From Malacoraja senta (taxonomy: Eukaryota), in the NCBI GenBank assembly GCA_038087875.1, contig CM075988.1, forward strand, positions 18,230,001 through 18,294,000: a DNA stretch of 64,000 nucleotides, written 5' to 3'. Shown here one piece after another: positions 36,717 through 49,831 of this stretch. Under the pieces are notes generated by a model. That model was not told the DNA's origin. It searched no databases and saw only the letters and a program-made list of their open reading frames with translations. The position numbers and the translations under genes were made by a program. Numbering within the stretch: the first letter of the stretch is position 1; each line of letters opens with the position of its first letter.

Positions 36717-37520
36717 GCACACACACTCACACTCACACACAAACACACACTCACACATGCACAGACACACACTCTTATACTCACTCACAAACACACACTC
36801 ACTCACACTCTCACACATACTTACACACTCACTCACTCACAAACACACACCCTTTCTTATACTCACACACATTATAACACTCACACTCACACACACACAC
36901 AAACACACACTCACTCACTCACACATGCACAGACACACACTCTTATACTCACACACATAACACACACTCACTCACAAACACACTCACACTCTCACACATA
37001 CTTACACACTCACTCACTCACAAACACACACCCCTTCTTATACTCACACATTATAACACACTCACTCACACACTTATACTCACACTCACACACTTATACG
37101 CACACACACACACTCACACACATTGTCATACACACTCCCTCACACTTATACTCATACTTTCACACTCACACACACTTATATTTACACACTCACACACACA
37201 CATACTCGCACTCACAAACACACACACACACACACACACTTATACTCACACACACTCACTCACACACACACTTATACTCACACACTCACTCACACACACG
37301 CACACATGCACAAACACACAAACACTCTCACGCACTCACGCACACCTATGCACACTCACTCACTCACATAAAAACACTCTCTCACGCACACACTCATACA
37401 TATGCACACACACATGCACACACATACACACAAATAAACACCCACACACATAAACACACACACACACACACACACAAACACATACTCTCACGCACACACT
37501 CACGCACGCACACACCACAT
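36717..37520. repeat. Degenerate (CA)n-rich tract with an internal higher-order duplication
   Basis: CA/CTCA/TA mosaic; the blocks acacatgcacagacacacactcttatactcac and ctcacacatacttacacactcactcactcacaaac each recur about 170-180 bp apart. Confidence 0.95.
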
Positions 37521-38190
37521 GATCAACACCCTACCTAAAGTTATCCTGCCTGGCAACTGAGGCAGTTTACGGAACCAGTGAACATTCCAACCCGCACCTC
37601 CATGGGATGTGGGAGGAAACCTGATTCACCGCGGTGAAAACCAACGCGGTTACAGTGTGAGTGTGAGGGTACATTTGTGCCGAGACTCCACCAGCAGTCC
37701 CAGAGTGCTACCTAAACTGGTGAGCTCTGCAACTCTCTCCGTGCCTTTCTCCTTTAAGACGTGCTTCAGTGCTTTTCCCAACTCTGATCTCTCTAACGCG
37801 GTTTGATGTCAACATTGGTCCAAAAAAAGCTCTGCGAAGTACCTTGGGATTTTAAGGACCTGCAAGACTTGACATATTCATTAATAAGCCGGCTATTTTT
37901 AATTCTCTTCTCTCCTCAGATTAATAGGAGCAGAAGTTCTGTGCCTATTATCGAGGCTCTCTAGCTCTGAGCCCTCGGAACAGCAGGCTGGTAGGTGTGT
38001 GATCCAGGTACACAGTTGCATACTCCAGTGATCCAAGGTAGCCTTGGAAAGCCACAGTTGTACAAACACCTCAAGAACAGTCACAGAACCGCAACGCATT
38101 TAGCTGATCTAACACCAACACCATCCACAAGGACAAAAGCGGCAAACAAGTCATCCACCACTCTAATGACGTCAACAGCAAGACAACTAT

Positions 38191-38700
38191 GGCACGGTGG
38201 CGCAGTGGTAGAGCTGCTGCCTCACAGTGCCAGAGACCCAGGTTCGACCCCAACTACGGACGATGTCTTTGCAGAGTTTATATGTTCTCCCTGTGACCAC
38301 GTGGGTTTCCTCCGGGTGCCCAGGTTTCCTCCCACTTCCCAAAGATGTGCAGGTTTATAGGCTAATTGGCCCTCTGTAAATTGCCCCTAGTGTGTGAGAT
38401 GTGAAAGTGGAATAACATAGAACGGGTAGACAAAAATGCTGGAGAAACTCAGCGGGTGCAGCAGCATCTATGGAGCGAGGGAAATAGACAACGTTTCGGG
38501 CCGAAAAAAACCCTTCCCCCGAACGTTGCCTATTTCCCTCGCTCCATAGATGCTGCCGCACCCGCTGATTTTCTCCAGCATTTTTGTCTACCTTCGATTT
38601 TCCAGCACCTGCAGTTCCTTCTTAAACATAGAAGGGGTGATCGCAGGTTGGTGTAGATTCGGTGGGCGAAAGAGTCTGTTTCCACGCTGCATCTCTGAAC
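38191..38700 (+). mobile_element. V-SINE (HE1-like), interrupted by the fold-back insertion
   Basis: Head ggcacggtggcgcagtggtagag...ggttcgacccc; the 3' tail resumes near 38635. Confidence 0.8.
38427..38624. mobile_element. Penelope-derived fold-back insertion inside a V-SINE
   Basis: Inverted arms gtagacaaaaatgctggag.../...ctccagcatttttgtctac, flanked by the direct repeat aacatagaa(c/g)gggt. Confidence 0.75.
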
Positions 38701-38869
38701 TCTTTAAACTCTCCCATCACTGGCTCACTAGCAACTCTCTCAACCAGGACAGCAATCACTTCAAAAGCCACGGGAACTACCCCAACACCTGATTACATCT
38801 TTTACGTCTGTGGAATCTGCTATTAACAGTGTAACTTATCTAACTCCAAAAAATCTACAACAACCAAAG

Positions 38870-39155
38870 CTGGTGCCACAGAACCAGGTTCAATCCTGAC
38901 CTCGGTGGCTGTCTGTGTGGAGTTTGTACGTTCACCCTGTGACCACGTGGCTTTCCTCCAGGCGCTCCGGTTTCCTCCCACATCCCAAATTTGTTGATTA
39001 ATCGGCCTCTATAAAGTTGCCCCTAGTGTGTAGGGAATGTGTAGGGGTTGAGAAAGTGGGATAACAGAACTAGAGGAACGGGTGATCAACGATCGGCCTG
39101 GCCTTGGTGGGTCGAGGGGTCTGTTCTCCACGCTGTATCTTTCAATCGATCAAAC
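38870..39155 (+). mobile_element. V-SINE (HE1-like)
   Basis: B box ggttcaatcc, V core and 3' tail. Confidence 0.75.
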
Positions 39156-39441
39156 AATCCACAGTTAGGGAAACTGGATTTATTTACAGACACCCTAGAT
39201 GTTTCCCACTGCTAGCAACATTCACAGGACACACGTTAGCATGGCGGTGGAACTGCTGCCTCCCAGCGCCAGAGACACCAGGTTCAATCCTGATCTAGGG
39301 CCATGGCTGCACGGAGCTTGTACGTTCCTCCTGCGACCATGTGGGTTTCCTCCGGGTGCTCCGTTTCCACCCACTAGACGTGTCCACTGCTGACTGTCTG
39401 CCATTACTGTCTGCCCGAGAGTGGGGGTGGGTGGGAGAATG

Positions 39442-40028
39442 AAACATAGAAAATAGGTGCGGTGGAGGCCATTCGGCCCTTCTAGCCAGCACTGCCATTC
39501 ATTGTGATCATGCTGATCGTCCCAATCAATAACCCGTGCCTGCCTTCTCCCCATATCCCTTGATTCACCAGCCCCTAGAGCTCTATCTAACTCTCTCTTA
39601 AATCCATCCAGTGATTTGGCCTCCACTGCCCTCTGTGGCAGGGAATTCCATAAATTCACAACTCTCTGGGTGAAAACGTTTTTTCTCACCTGAGTCCTAA
39701 ATGGCCTCCCCTTTATTCTAAGACTGTGGCCCCTGGTTCTGGACTCGCCCAACATTGGGAAAAATGTTCCTGCATCTAGCTTGTCTAGTCCTTTTATAAT
39801 TTTATATGTTTCTATAAGATCCCCCTCATCCTTTTAAACTCCAGTGAATACAAGCCTAGTATTTTCAATCTTTCCTCATATGACAGTCCCGCCATCCCAG
39901 GGATCAATCTCGTGAATCTACGCTGCACTGCCTCAATCACAAGGATGTCCTTCCTCAAATTAGGTGACCAAGACTGTACACAATACTCCAGATGTGGTCT
40001 TACCAGAGCCCTATACAACTGCAGAAGA
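39442..40028 (-). mobile_element. CR1 LINE 3' fragment
   Basis: LVRPHLEYCVQSWSP...[18 protein letters not shown]2 tail and 3' UTR on the minus strand. Confidence 0.9.
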
Positions 40029-41021
40029 ATGGAGGGAGATCGATGGGTATCGGAGACAGAGCTAATGGTAAACAGCTGGAGGTTGGGGATGGGATTGTTC
40101 TGAGGGCCAGCAGAAACAGGAAGGGCAGAGTGGCCAAATACAAAAACAACGATTGTGGTGTTTATCTCTGTAATCTGAAAGGGGAAATTATGGATTTATG
40201 ACATTTTGGACAGCTACGTGGGTAGGATAGGTTTTGAAGGATTTGGGCCACATGCGGGTAAAAGGGACTAGGTTAGATGGAACATCTTGGTCGGCATGGA
40301 CAAGTTGGGCCGAAGGGCCTGTTTCCGTGCTGTATGATTCCATGACTATTAATAAAATATCCCAAACCAGTTTTTTGTATGACGGCATGTGCCTCTAAAA
40401 AGTTAAAAATTAGAATTTCACATTTTTAGAATTGTTATTGATTCTCTAGTTTCTAGTTATTATTTTTAATTAAATTAGAAGTTAATTGGTTACAAAATCC
40501 AAACAGGTAGGGTTTATTGATGGGAAAAGATTGTTGATTAAGGCAGCTTAATTGAGTCATTCAGTGTGGAAACAGTCCCTATGGCCCAACTTGCCCACAC
40601 ACCGACCAACATGTCCCAGCTACACTAGTCTCACTTGCCACTTGGCATTTGGCCCGTATCCCTCTAAATCAGTCCTATCCATGTGCCTGTCTAATTGCTT
40701 CTTAAACGTTGCGATAGTCCCTGCCGCACCTACCTCCTCTGGCAACTCCTTGCATAGGCCCACCACCCTTTGCGTGAAAAAGTTACCCCCCGGGTTGCTA
40801 TTAAATCTTTTCCCCTTCACCTTAAACCTGTGCCCTCTATGTAATGTTTAGTTGATCTGTGCACTGGCACCATTTTGTTTCCAGTGGGAGGCCGTTCCCG
40901 TTCCCACAACCTCTCGACCCCTCTGCCCGAACAGGGGAGGTGGGTGGGAAACGGCAGGTTGGCAGCGGACGTGGATGAAAGGCGGCGTTTTGCCGTTCGG
41001 ACGGCCGGCGCTGGCACTCAC

Positions 41022-41174
41022 CGAGCACGGTGATGGTGGTGAAGGCTTCCTGTGGGGGGTCGGTGTAGAGCTGGCACACGTACCTCCCTTCATCCACCAA
41101 CGACACGTTGGACAACGACACCCGCAACTCACTACTGGAGAAGTTTACCAGCTGGAACCTGTTGTCCTTCAGCG
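41022..41174 (-). CDS. CADM1: CADM1 exon 3 (C-terminal half of Ig-V domain)
   Basis: (P)[50 protein letters not shown]; the [10 protein letters not shown] motif is typical of CADM1. Acceptor ccgcag|, donor |gtgagt, 153 nt, phase 1/1. Confidence 0.96.
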
Positions 41175-41375
41175 CTGCGGGATGAAAGATGAGAAGTGTT
41201 TCACATCAACAAGGGAGCAGCAATGAACGTTCAACGAAGGAAATAAAACACAAGCGCGTGACCGTCGGCCGGGTGCAGGCGCGTGTCTGTATTGGACTGG
41301 GACGCACAGGCGTGTGTCTCCGTCGGTCAGGGTGCCCGCGCGTGGCAGAGCGTGACTGGAGGAGCGGACACTTAC

Positions 41376-41522
41376 GCCGGACTTCGCGGAAGTAGATGGT
41401 CTGGCGGCTGGGGTTGAGCAGCTGGATGACGGAGTCGTCGTTGTTCTTCACGCGGCAGCTGATGGTGGCCACCTCGCCCTCCACCACCACCACGTCGTTC
41501 GTCACCAGGTTCTGGGCGTCCA
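41376..41522 (-). CDS. CADM1: CADM1 exon 2 (N-terminal half of Ig-V domain)
   Basis: Translates (V)[48 protein letters not shown], closely matching human CADM1 [38 protein letters not shown] (from memory). Acceptor tgcag|, donor |gtaagt, 147 nt, phase 1/1. Confidence 0.95.
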
Positions 41523-42404
41523 CTGCACCGGAGCAGAGAGATGGGTTAGACCGGCCGGTCACCCGGCAAACCCCCCACACCGACCAGTAACCGACCCCGG
41601 TCCCCGCCCCTCCCCTCCCCCACAGCCCACCCTGGCCCACCCCTCACTGCCCTGCAACCGCTCCGGCCCACCCCCCTAGCACTTAGCCCACCTCCCCCTC
41701 AGCTAACCCACACCCTCTCCCGATCCCCCGGCCCTCCCCTCCCCCCCAGCCCCATGTCCCCGCACCCCTCCCTAACCGCCCCCAGAGCCTGCACCCCTCC
41801 CCGGCTCATGGCCCTGCCAAAGGCCCCAACACTGGCTCTCCGTCACTTCACTTCATAGCCTCACTGCACCACCTGTGTTCAGCACATCGTATAAACTCTC
41901 CCACCACACATCGCCTGGAGCGGGTACGTTTACAGACAAGGATAATGTCAAGTTAGGCTGCAGCCCTTTATTACAAGAGGCAGTCGAGCTGTGTGGGTGG
42001 ATATGTGTACTTGGGCCTACTGCGAACGCAGCTTTACAACCTCCGACACGTTAGGGTTTACGACTCAATGAGCAAGAGACTGATTTCTGCAGCACTTCAC
42101 TCAACAATTGCGGGGAGATGGGGTGAGGGGGGGGTTTGAGTGAACCAAGGAGTACTTTGTTAGTTCGTCCCTCACTGGTTCATTCATCCCTCCCCTCTCC
42201 CGGGCAGTTTCTCCTGTAACACCGCTCCCTATACCTCCTCCCTCATCTCCATCCAACCAGGAACCTTAACAGCCCTTCCAGGTCTGTGCCCAACATGATG
42301 CCAAGTTAAACCAGTCTCCTCACCTGCACGCGATCCATTTCCATCCATCTCTGCATATCCATTGCCGATCTAAATGCCTCTTTAAGGGTGCTGACCTTTA
42401 AGCT

Positions 42405-42885
42405 TTTAGCCTGTCCCAAAATCCATAAGCAGAACTGCCCTGGCAGACCCATTGTTTCTGCCTGCTCCTGTCCAACTGAAATTATTTCCACATACCTCGA
42501 TTCTATCCTATCCCCTTGTCCACTCCTTTTCCATCTAAGTCCAAGACACCTCACACACCTTTTGACTCTTTAATAACTCTTGGTTCCCTCATCTTTACTA
42601 TGGTTCCCTCATCCATGATGTAATATCCCCACCAGGAAGGCCTTAAGGCCCTCCGGTTCTTCCTTGACCCAGCCAATTCCCTCTTCAAAAACTCTCCTCC
42701 ACCCTAGCAGAACTGGTCCTCGCCCTGAACAACTTCTCCTTCGGCTCCTCCCAGTCTGAAGAAGGGTTCCGACCCGAAACGTCACCTATTCCTCTTGCCC
42801 AGTGATGCTACTTGACACGCTGAATTGCTCCAGCATTTTGTGTCCATCTTCGGTATAAACCGACATCTGCAGTCCCACTCTACAC
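42405..42885 (+). mobile_element. Internally deleted Penelope-like element (RT fragment joined to terminal repeat)
   Basis: PKIHKQNCPGRPIVSACSCPTEIISTYLDSILSP and downstream IPHQEGLKALRFFL/LAELVLALNNFSF are Penelope RT motifs. They join directly to the hammerhead-like repeat at 42756. Confidence 0.85.
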
Positions 42886-44307
42886 TACTCTTATCTAGGC
42901 CTCTCTTGACATTGCACACTTTTCTAAAAATTATAGACAGTCAAAACCATGTTCTCCACGATGGAAATGTCAAAGACTGGAGGGCGAGGCTTTAAAGGTG
43001 AGAGGGGCAAAGTTTAAAGGAGATGCGCGGGAAAACGTTTTGTTTTAACAGAACGTGGTGAGTGCATAGAATGCGCAGCTGGAGGTGGTGGTGGTGATAC
43101 AACAGTAGGGTTTAAGAAGCTTTTAGATACACACATGGAGGTAGTGCAGGGATATGGATTAAGCGAAGAGATGAATTTCATTCAGCATCATGTCCAGCAT
43201 GGGCATTGTGGGCCGAAGGGCCTGTTCCTGCACAGTACTGTTTTATGATGTATGTCTAATGGTTTGTGGGTCATTATGTACACTCCAAGTAATAATAGTA
43301 ACGTATATCTTTCATTAACTATCTCCAGAAGCTAGTGAGTGGCCAATTAATAAGCACCCTGTCACAGCTGCCCGTTTCCACAGCTCCCCCTCCCCCTCCC
43401 ATCGAACGGGGCAACTGTTGACCCCCGCGGGGTCAGTGTGAGAGTCAGGGTCAACCACGGGGTGCACTGCGGGCTGCGGGCCAGCAGAGGGAGTTTCATT
43501 ACCTCCCCGCCGTGACTGAAGCCAATTGACCTACAAACCTGTACGTCTTTGGAGTGTGGGAGGAAACCAGAGCACCCGGAGAAAACCCACGAGGTCACGG
43601 GGAGAACGTGCAAAACTCCATACAGACAGCACCCGTGGTCAGGATTGAACCTGGGTCTCTGGCACTGTAAGGCAAACAACCCTACCGCTGCGCCACCGTG
43701 CCACCTCTTTTTTATTGAACGCTGCTAACTTTATCTCTACGTACATCCGATATGTCTTAGATATGGGATATATGTAGGATATACATCCCATATATGTATA
43801 GATATTCCATATATATGTGATATGTCCTACATATATCGACATACATCGATATATATCCTCTGAGCTTTTTGAGGAAATATACCCTGAGGAATACCTCGGC
43901 CTCAGCAAAAAGATATTGGCAATCCCTGCTTTGAGCGTGAGAATGAAGTGCAGGAGGAAGAATGGCAAAGAGAAAGGGACGTGTAGGACGCAAAACATAA
44001 GTGAAAGTTTGCAGTGGTGGCCTCAGCAAACCGACAGAGTCTCGAGATCAAAGTTCGATTTTCTCCACTGGTGTCAGTAAGTATAAATGAGTTTGTGATC
44101 AGGGCCTTGCTCCAGAGCTGGAGACTTTGTCCGCCAAGCCTCTACCCAGCTGCAAGGGGATCTCACACCCCGAACACTTAAGGCTGCAATGATTGGAAAT
44201 TTGGCAACCTCACAAAAGAATCTTAAGGTGAGAGGGGAAAGATTTAATGGGAACATTAAATAGGTAAAATGTGTAAGAAAGAACTGTAAATTCTGGTTTA
44301 CACGGAC

Positions 44308-44682
44308 ATATAAGATTGTTAAGGGCCTGGACACACTAGAGGCAGGAAACATGTTCCCGATGTTGGGGGAGTCCAGAACCAGCGGCCACAGTTTAAGAAT
44401 AAGGAGTAAGCCATTTAGAACGGAGACGAGGAAACACTTTTTCTCACAGAGAGTGGTGAGTCTGTGGAATTCTCTGCCTCGGAGGGCGGTGGAGGCAGGT
44501 TCTCTGGATGCTTTCAAGAGAGAGCTAGATAGGGCTCTTAAAAATAGCGGAGTCAGGGGATATGGGGAGAAGGCAGGAACGGGGTACTGATTGGGGATGA
44601 TCAGCCATGGTCACATTGAATGGCGTGCTGGCTCGAAGGGCCAAATGGCCTACTCCTGCACCTATTGTCTGTTGTCTATTGT
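44308..44682 (+). mobile_element. CR1 LINE 3' fragment nested in a Penelope-derived repeat
   Basis: ORF 44351-44590 plus a (ctattgt)-type tail; it interrupts the Penelope-type arm that starts near 44270 and resumes near 44683. Confidence 0.88.
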
Positions 44683-45851
44683 CGACACAAAATGCAGGAG
44701 TAACTCAGCGGGTCAGGCAGCATCTGTGGAGAAAAAGAACAGGTGATGTTTTTGGGTCGATACCCTTCACATCAGTCTGATGAAGGATCTCGACCCAAAA
44801 CTTCACCTGTCCCTTCTCTCCAGAGATGCTGCCTGACCCGCTGAGTTACTCCAGCATTTTGTGTCTATCTGCCAGAGGTAGTTGAGACAGGTACAGTAAC
44901 AGCATTTAATATACAGTTGGACAGGTACATGGACAGGAAAGGTTTGGAGGGAGATGGACAAATGGAGGGAGATTGGCCAAATGCAGGAAAATGGGACTAG
45001 CTTAGAGGCGGCATCTTGGTTGGGCTGTTGGGCCTGTTTCCGTGCTATGTGACTCTCTCACCCTAAGTGTGATAGAGATGCACGTTGCAGTGCAGAGCTT
45101 ATCTTTAACATGGAAAGGCGACATAAAACGCACAACTAACAGTAACCAGTGACGTGAGTTAATCCCAGGAGTCATTAACTTACACAGTGTGTAGGGAGAG
45201 AAAAACAACTGAAACGTTCCCACGTCTTAGCCTCACAATCCTCGAACCTAGTAAATCAAAACAAGTCTATATTCCAAATCAGCAATCAGTTTTTAATTTT
45301 CCTGGATTAAAGCAAATGCCAGGATGGCAAGGAAGGTTTAAGAGATCGTGATGGTGACCATCCAGTTTTGGTGGGTGTCATTATCAAAGGCGACTTTGAT
45401 CATCACGACTTGCACTGATTGTAAAGGTTCCGTAACCTCCCCTTCGCAAGCAGTCCCTCCCCCCCCCCCCCCCCCCACACCCCCGTGAGACAAAGTTTGT
45501 GCAGGTAAAATGCATCTGGTCATCTCTACCTTCGATCTCTTGTGCAGAGCCTGTGAGCAGCCGGTGGTCGAGCAGAAGCAGAGAGAGGGAGGGAGGGAGG
45601 GAGAGAGAGAGTGAGTGAAAGAGAGAGGGAGAGAGACAAACAAGTTTAGAAGTCAGCATTGGCAGCATGCAACTACATCCCTTAAACAAATACATCGAGG
45701 GGGGGGGGGGCGGGAGGTGAATGGCGTCTATGACCAACTGTGCAGAGAGAACACTCTGCATCCTTCTGTGTATTAACGTGATGAAGTACTTAAACACCTC
45801 TACACAGCTCCAAGACCAGACAGCAGCAAGTGGGGACAGTGCAGTGCTAAC

Positions 45852-46465
45852 AAGGAGCAGGGAGGTTCTACTGCAGTTGTACAGGGTCTTGGTGAGACCA
45901 CACCTGGAGTATTGCGTACAGTTTTGGTCTCCTAATCTGAGGAAGGACATTATAGCCATAGAGGGAGTGCAGAGAAGGTTCACCAGACTGACTCCTGGGA
46001 TGTCAGGACTTTCATATGAAGAAAGACTGGACAGACTTGGCTTATACTCGCTAGAATTTAGGAGATTGAGAGGGGATTTTATAGAAACGTACAAAATTCT
46101 TATGGGGTTGGACAGGCTAGATGCAGGAAGATTGTTCCCGATGTTGGGGAAGTCCAGGACAAGGGGACACAGCTTAAGGATAAGGGGGAAATCCTTTAAG
46201 ACCGAGATGAGGAAAAACGTTTTCACACAGAGAGTGGTGAATCTCTGGAACTCTCTGCCAAAGAGGGTAGTTGAGGCCAGTTCATTGGCTATATTTAAGA
46301 GGGAGTTAGATGTGGCCCTTGTGGCTAAAGGGATCAGGGGGTATGGGGAGAAGGCAGGTACGGGATACTGAGTTGGATGATCAGCCATGATCATATTGAA
46401 TGGCGGTGCAGGCTCGAAGGGCCGAATGGTCTACTCCTGCACTTATTTTCTATGTATCTATGTAT
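45852..46465 (+). mobile_element. CR1 LINE 3' fragment
   Basis: SREVLLQLYRVLVRPHLEYCVQFWSP...GYGEKAGTGY plus 3' UTR; nearly identical to 51869-52483. Confidence 0.93.
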
Positions 46466-47102
46466 CCCTCTCTCTCCCTCTGCCACAGGTTCAGGCTGAA
46501 CGCTGGAGGATTTCATATTTTGCCATGCGGTAGTCATCTCAATTATTGATCAACATGCTGACATGCACAAGCATAAAATGGCCAGAGGTCTTGCAACGTC
46601 CGATCACAGCATTGGCACTTTTTATGTCTTGTAGAAGAACGGTGTCAAAAATATAAATGAAGCAGTTTTTAACTTCGAGAAATTGCATTAATGTTCAGAG
46701 ATCAACAGCCCACCTTCTCATGTAGAGTAAACCCAGCCCATGCACTGGTTGAATTGATGAGTTACCAGTTAACCAACATAACAACTTGGCACTGCAGATG
46801 CTGGTTTACAAAAAAAAAGACACAATGTGCTGGAGTAACTCAGCGAGTCAGAGATGCTGCCTGAGCTACTGAGTTCCTCACGGCATGTTTTTTGTTGCCA
46901 TAAACATCAGTCAGGTGTAACAGTGTGTGGCCTGGTCACTGGAGCAGAGCAGGAACAAGAGCCAGCAATGGAGCTGAAATTGTCCACTGCAGCTCGGAAG
47001 TCAAACACAACTCATTACCGGCGCGGCACAGTGGAGCAACGGTAGAGTTGCCACCCTACGGCGCCACAGACCAGGGTTCCATGTATCTGTCCAACTGCCT
47101 TT

Positions 47103-47395
47103 TAGAAACATAGGTGCAGGAGGAGGCCATTCGGCCCTTCGAGCCAGCACCGCCATTCATTGTGATCATGGCTGATCATCCCCTATCAATAACCCGTGCC
47201 TGCCTTCTCCACATATCCCTTGACTCCACTAACCTCTAGAGCTCTATCTAACTCTCTCTTAAATCCATCCAGTGACTTGGCCTCCACTGCCCTCTGTGGC
47301 AGGGAATTCCATAAAATCACAACTCTCTGGGTGGAAAAGTTTTTTCTCACCTCAGTCTTAAATGACCTCCCCTTTATTCTAAGACTGTGGCCCTG
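47103..47395 (-). mobile_element. CR1 LINE 3' fragment
   Basis: Same 3' UTR and ORF2-tail sequence as 39442-39730. Confidence 0.82.
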
Positions 47396-48148
47396 GCCTT
47401 TTGAATATTGTTATAGTACCTGCCTCAACCACCTCCTCTGGCAGCTCGTTCCATACACCCACCACGCTGTGTGTGGAAAAGTCACCCTCAGGTTCCTATT
47501 AAATCTGTCCCGGTTCACCTTAATCTATGCCTTCTGATTCTTGATTCCCTTAGTCTGGATAAAAGACTGTCCATTCACCCTATCTACCCCTCCCCCCCCC
47601 GTCCTGATTTGATACACCTCTATAAGATCATAAGATCATACCTTGGGAACTCTGGTGCTCCCAAGGAATAAATACAATACAATACAATACTGTTTATTGT
47701 CATTTGAACCTCAAATGAAGTTCAAACGGAATTTGGTTTCTGCAGTCATACAAACAAGTAAAAAGAACCAAGACACAACACAATGTACACAAACATCCAT
47801 CACAGTGAATCTCCTCCTCACTGTGATGGAAGGCTAAGTCTTATCCCTCCCCTGCACTCCCCGTTCTCCTCCCGATGTCAAAGTCAAAGCCCCCGGCGGG
47901 CGATGGTAAATATGTCCCGCGGCCATTAAAGCCGCGCCGGGCGATGCAGCTTAACCGTTTAAATACCAGCTTAACCGTTTCTTGTCGTGATTTACACTAC
48001 TGGTACAAGGCTGGGAACAATCAGAGTCACACAGAGGATCTCAGCTCTACACATATTGAACTCCACCCACCCATGGCTCAGTGCAGAGGGGCATGGGTAG
48101 GACGGGTTTGGAAGGATATGTGCCAAGGGCAGGCAAGTAGCTCGGTTA

Positions 48149-48377
48149 AGGGCCTGTCCCACTTTCACGACCTAATTCACAACCTCTGCCAATGTTTGCC
48201 CTTGACTCATACTCGCAGCATGGTCGTCACGAGGTTGTAGGTAGGTCGTAGGCAGGTCGTGATGCTAGTCGTAGGTACTCGTGACATCAAGTCGGTCGGG
48301 GTGTTTTTCTAGCTTGATGAAAAATGTCCACGAGTAAAAAAGGTCGTGAATTAGGTCGTGAAAGTGGGACAGGCCCT
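48149..48377. mobile_element. PIF/Harbinger-type MITE
   Basis: Long TIR agggcctgtcccactttcacgacctaattcac and a TTA TSD. Confidence 0.87.
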
Positions 48378-49831
48378 TTAGGGAACTTGGTCATCATGGA
48401 CCTCTATGGTTTACGAGAATGATCCGGGGGATTATTGGGTTAACGTTTGACGTCTCTAGGCCTGTACTTGCTGGAGTTTAGAAGGACGAGGGGGAACTCA
48501 TTGACATCTACTGGAAAATGCCTAGATAGAGTGGACGTGGAAAGGATGTTTCCAGTAATGGAAGAATCTAGAACCAGAGTACACAACCTCAGAGTAAAAG
48601 AACATACCTTTAGATGAGGAGGAATTTCTTTATTCAGAGGGTGGTGAATCTCTGGAATTCATTGCAACAGACGGCAGTGGAGGCCAAGACATTGGGTATT
48701 TTATAAATCGGAGATGGATCGGCTGGTGATTAGTAAGGGCAGCAAAGGTCAGGAGGAGAAGGCAAGAGAATGGGGTTGAGTGGGAACAATACATCAACCA
48801 TGATTGAATGGTGGTGTAGACTAGATGGGCGAATGGCCTACTGCAGACTTTAGAGATAGGGCGTGAAAACAGGCCCTTCGGCCCAACCAGTCCGCGCTGA
48901 CCAGCGATCATACACTAACACTATCCTACATACCAAGGACAGAGAACAGTTTTGACGATGCCAATTAACCTGCAAACCTGTACATCTTTGTGACGTGTGG
49001 AGGAAACCGGAGCACGTGGAGAAAACCCACGCGGTCACGGGGAGAACGTACAAACTCCATACAGAGCAGCACCCGTGGTCAGGATTGAAACCGGGTCTCT
49101 GGCGCTGTGAGGCAGCAGCCACCCTGGTCTTGTGGTCTTATGGTTACACCTTATTACGTCAACTTAATACTGTGCGTTGGGGAGGGCAGTAAACGAGGAG
49201 GAACCGGACTGTTTCCTCGATTAATGGACGCTCATCACAGGAACACAAAGAGGGGAAAAAAACACAAGCAATATCAAGATAATTCTCTGCCTTTCCACTT
49301 GGATCACATTCACCCTTCAACAAAGCCCTTATAGACAGAAGCTTGTTCTGTGGAACAAACACACACTGCCGAGCTTACATTTTGAGAGACCTTTTTGCAA
49401 ACACATTTTAAAACAGAAAGGACAAATCTAAAAGTCAAGAGACAATGCGATTTCGCTGATAAGATTTCTGACCTCTTCTATTCAAACATGCACACCGTTT
49501 CCATAGCAATGACTTGATAAGGTTTGCCAATAAGTAACGGAAAAGTCAAAAGTCTGCTATTACAATAAGGTCAATGCGGGCAGTTAAACACTTCAACCAT
49601 GTAATTTTGTTTTTCTGAAGAGCACCAGCTACATGATATTTAATGTTCAGTTGTGTTGCAGGTGCAATGGTAATATAATGCAGCAAACTCGAGAGATCTT
49701 GCAATCCGCAGAACACAGAGCAGCCTCCCCTCCCCTCCCCACCCATTCCATCCTCTTCCCTCTCCTCCCATCCATTACCCTCTCCTCCTGTCTCCTCCGC
49801 CCTCCCTCCCTTTCCTTCCTTCCCTCACCTC

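Noticed and set aside
36405..37538. 377-aa His/Thr-rich ORF and similar HT/CV ORFs at 53129-53603 and 55646-56539
   Set aside because: Artefacts of CA/GT dinucleotide repeats, which lack stop codons.
38191..38255. tRNA-like A/B boxes
   Set aside because: Head of a V-SINE; no complete cloverleaf, and it continues into SINE body.
23413..41522. Assignment of the exons to CADM2, CADM3 or CADM4
   Set aside because: [34 protein letters not shown] and TREGD.LELTC match CADM1 as I recall it; a phylogeny would be definitive.
43817..44080. 87-aa plus-strand ORF ending near a gtaagt donor-like site
   Set aside because: Starts in AT-rich low-complexity sequence, with no recognisable homology or partner exons.
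45384..46394. 336-aa minus-strand ORF
   Set aside because: Antisense shadow of a CR1 ORF2 fragment running into low-complexity flank.
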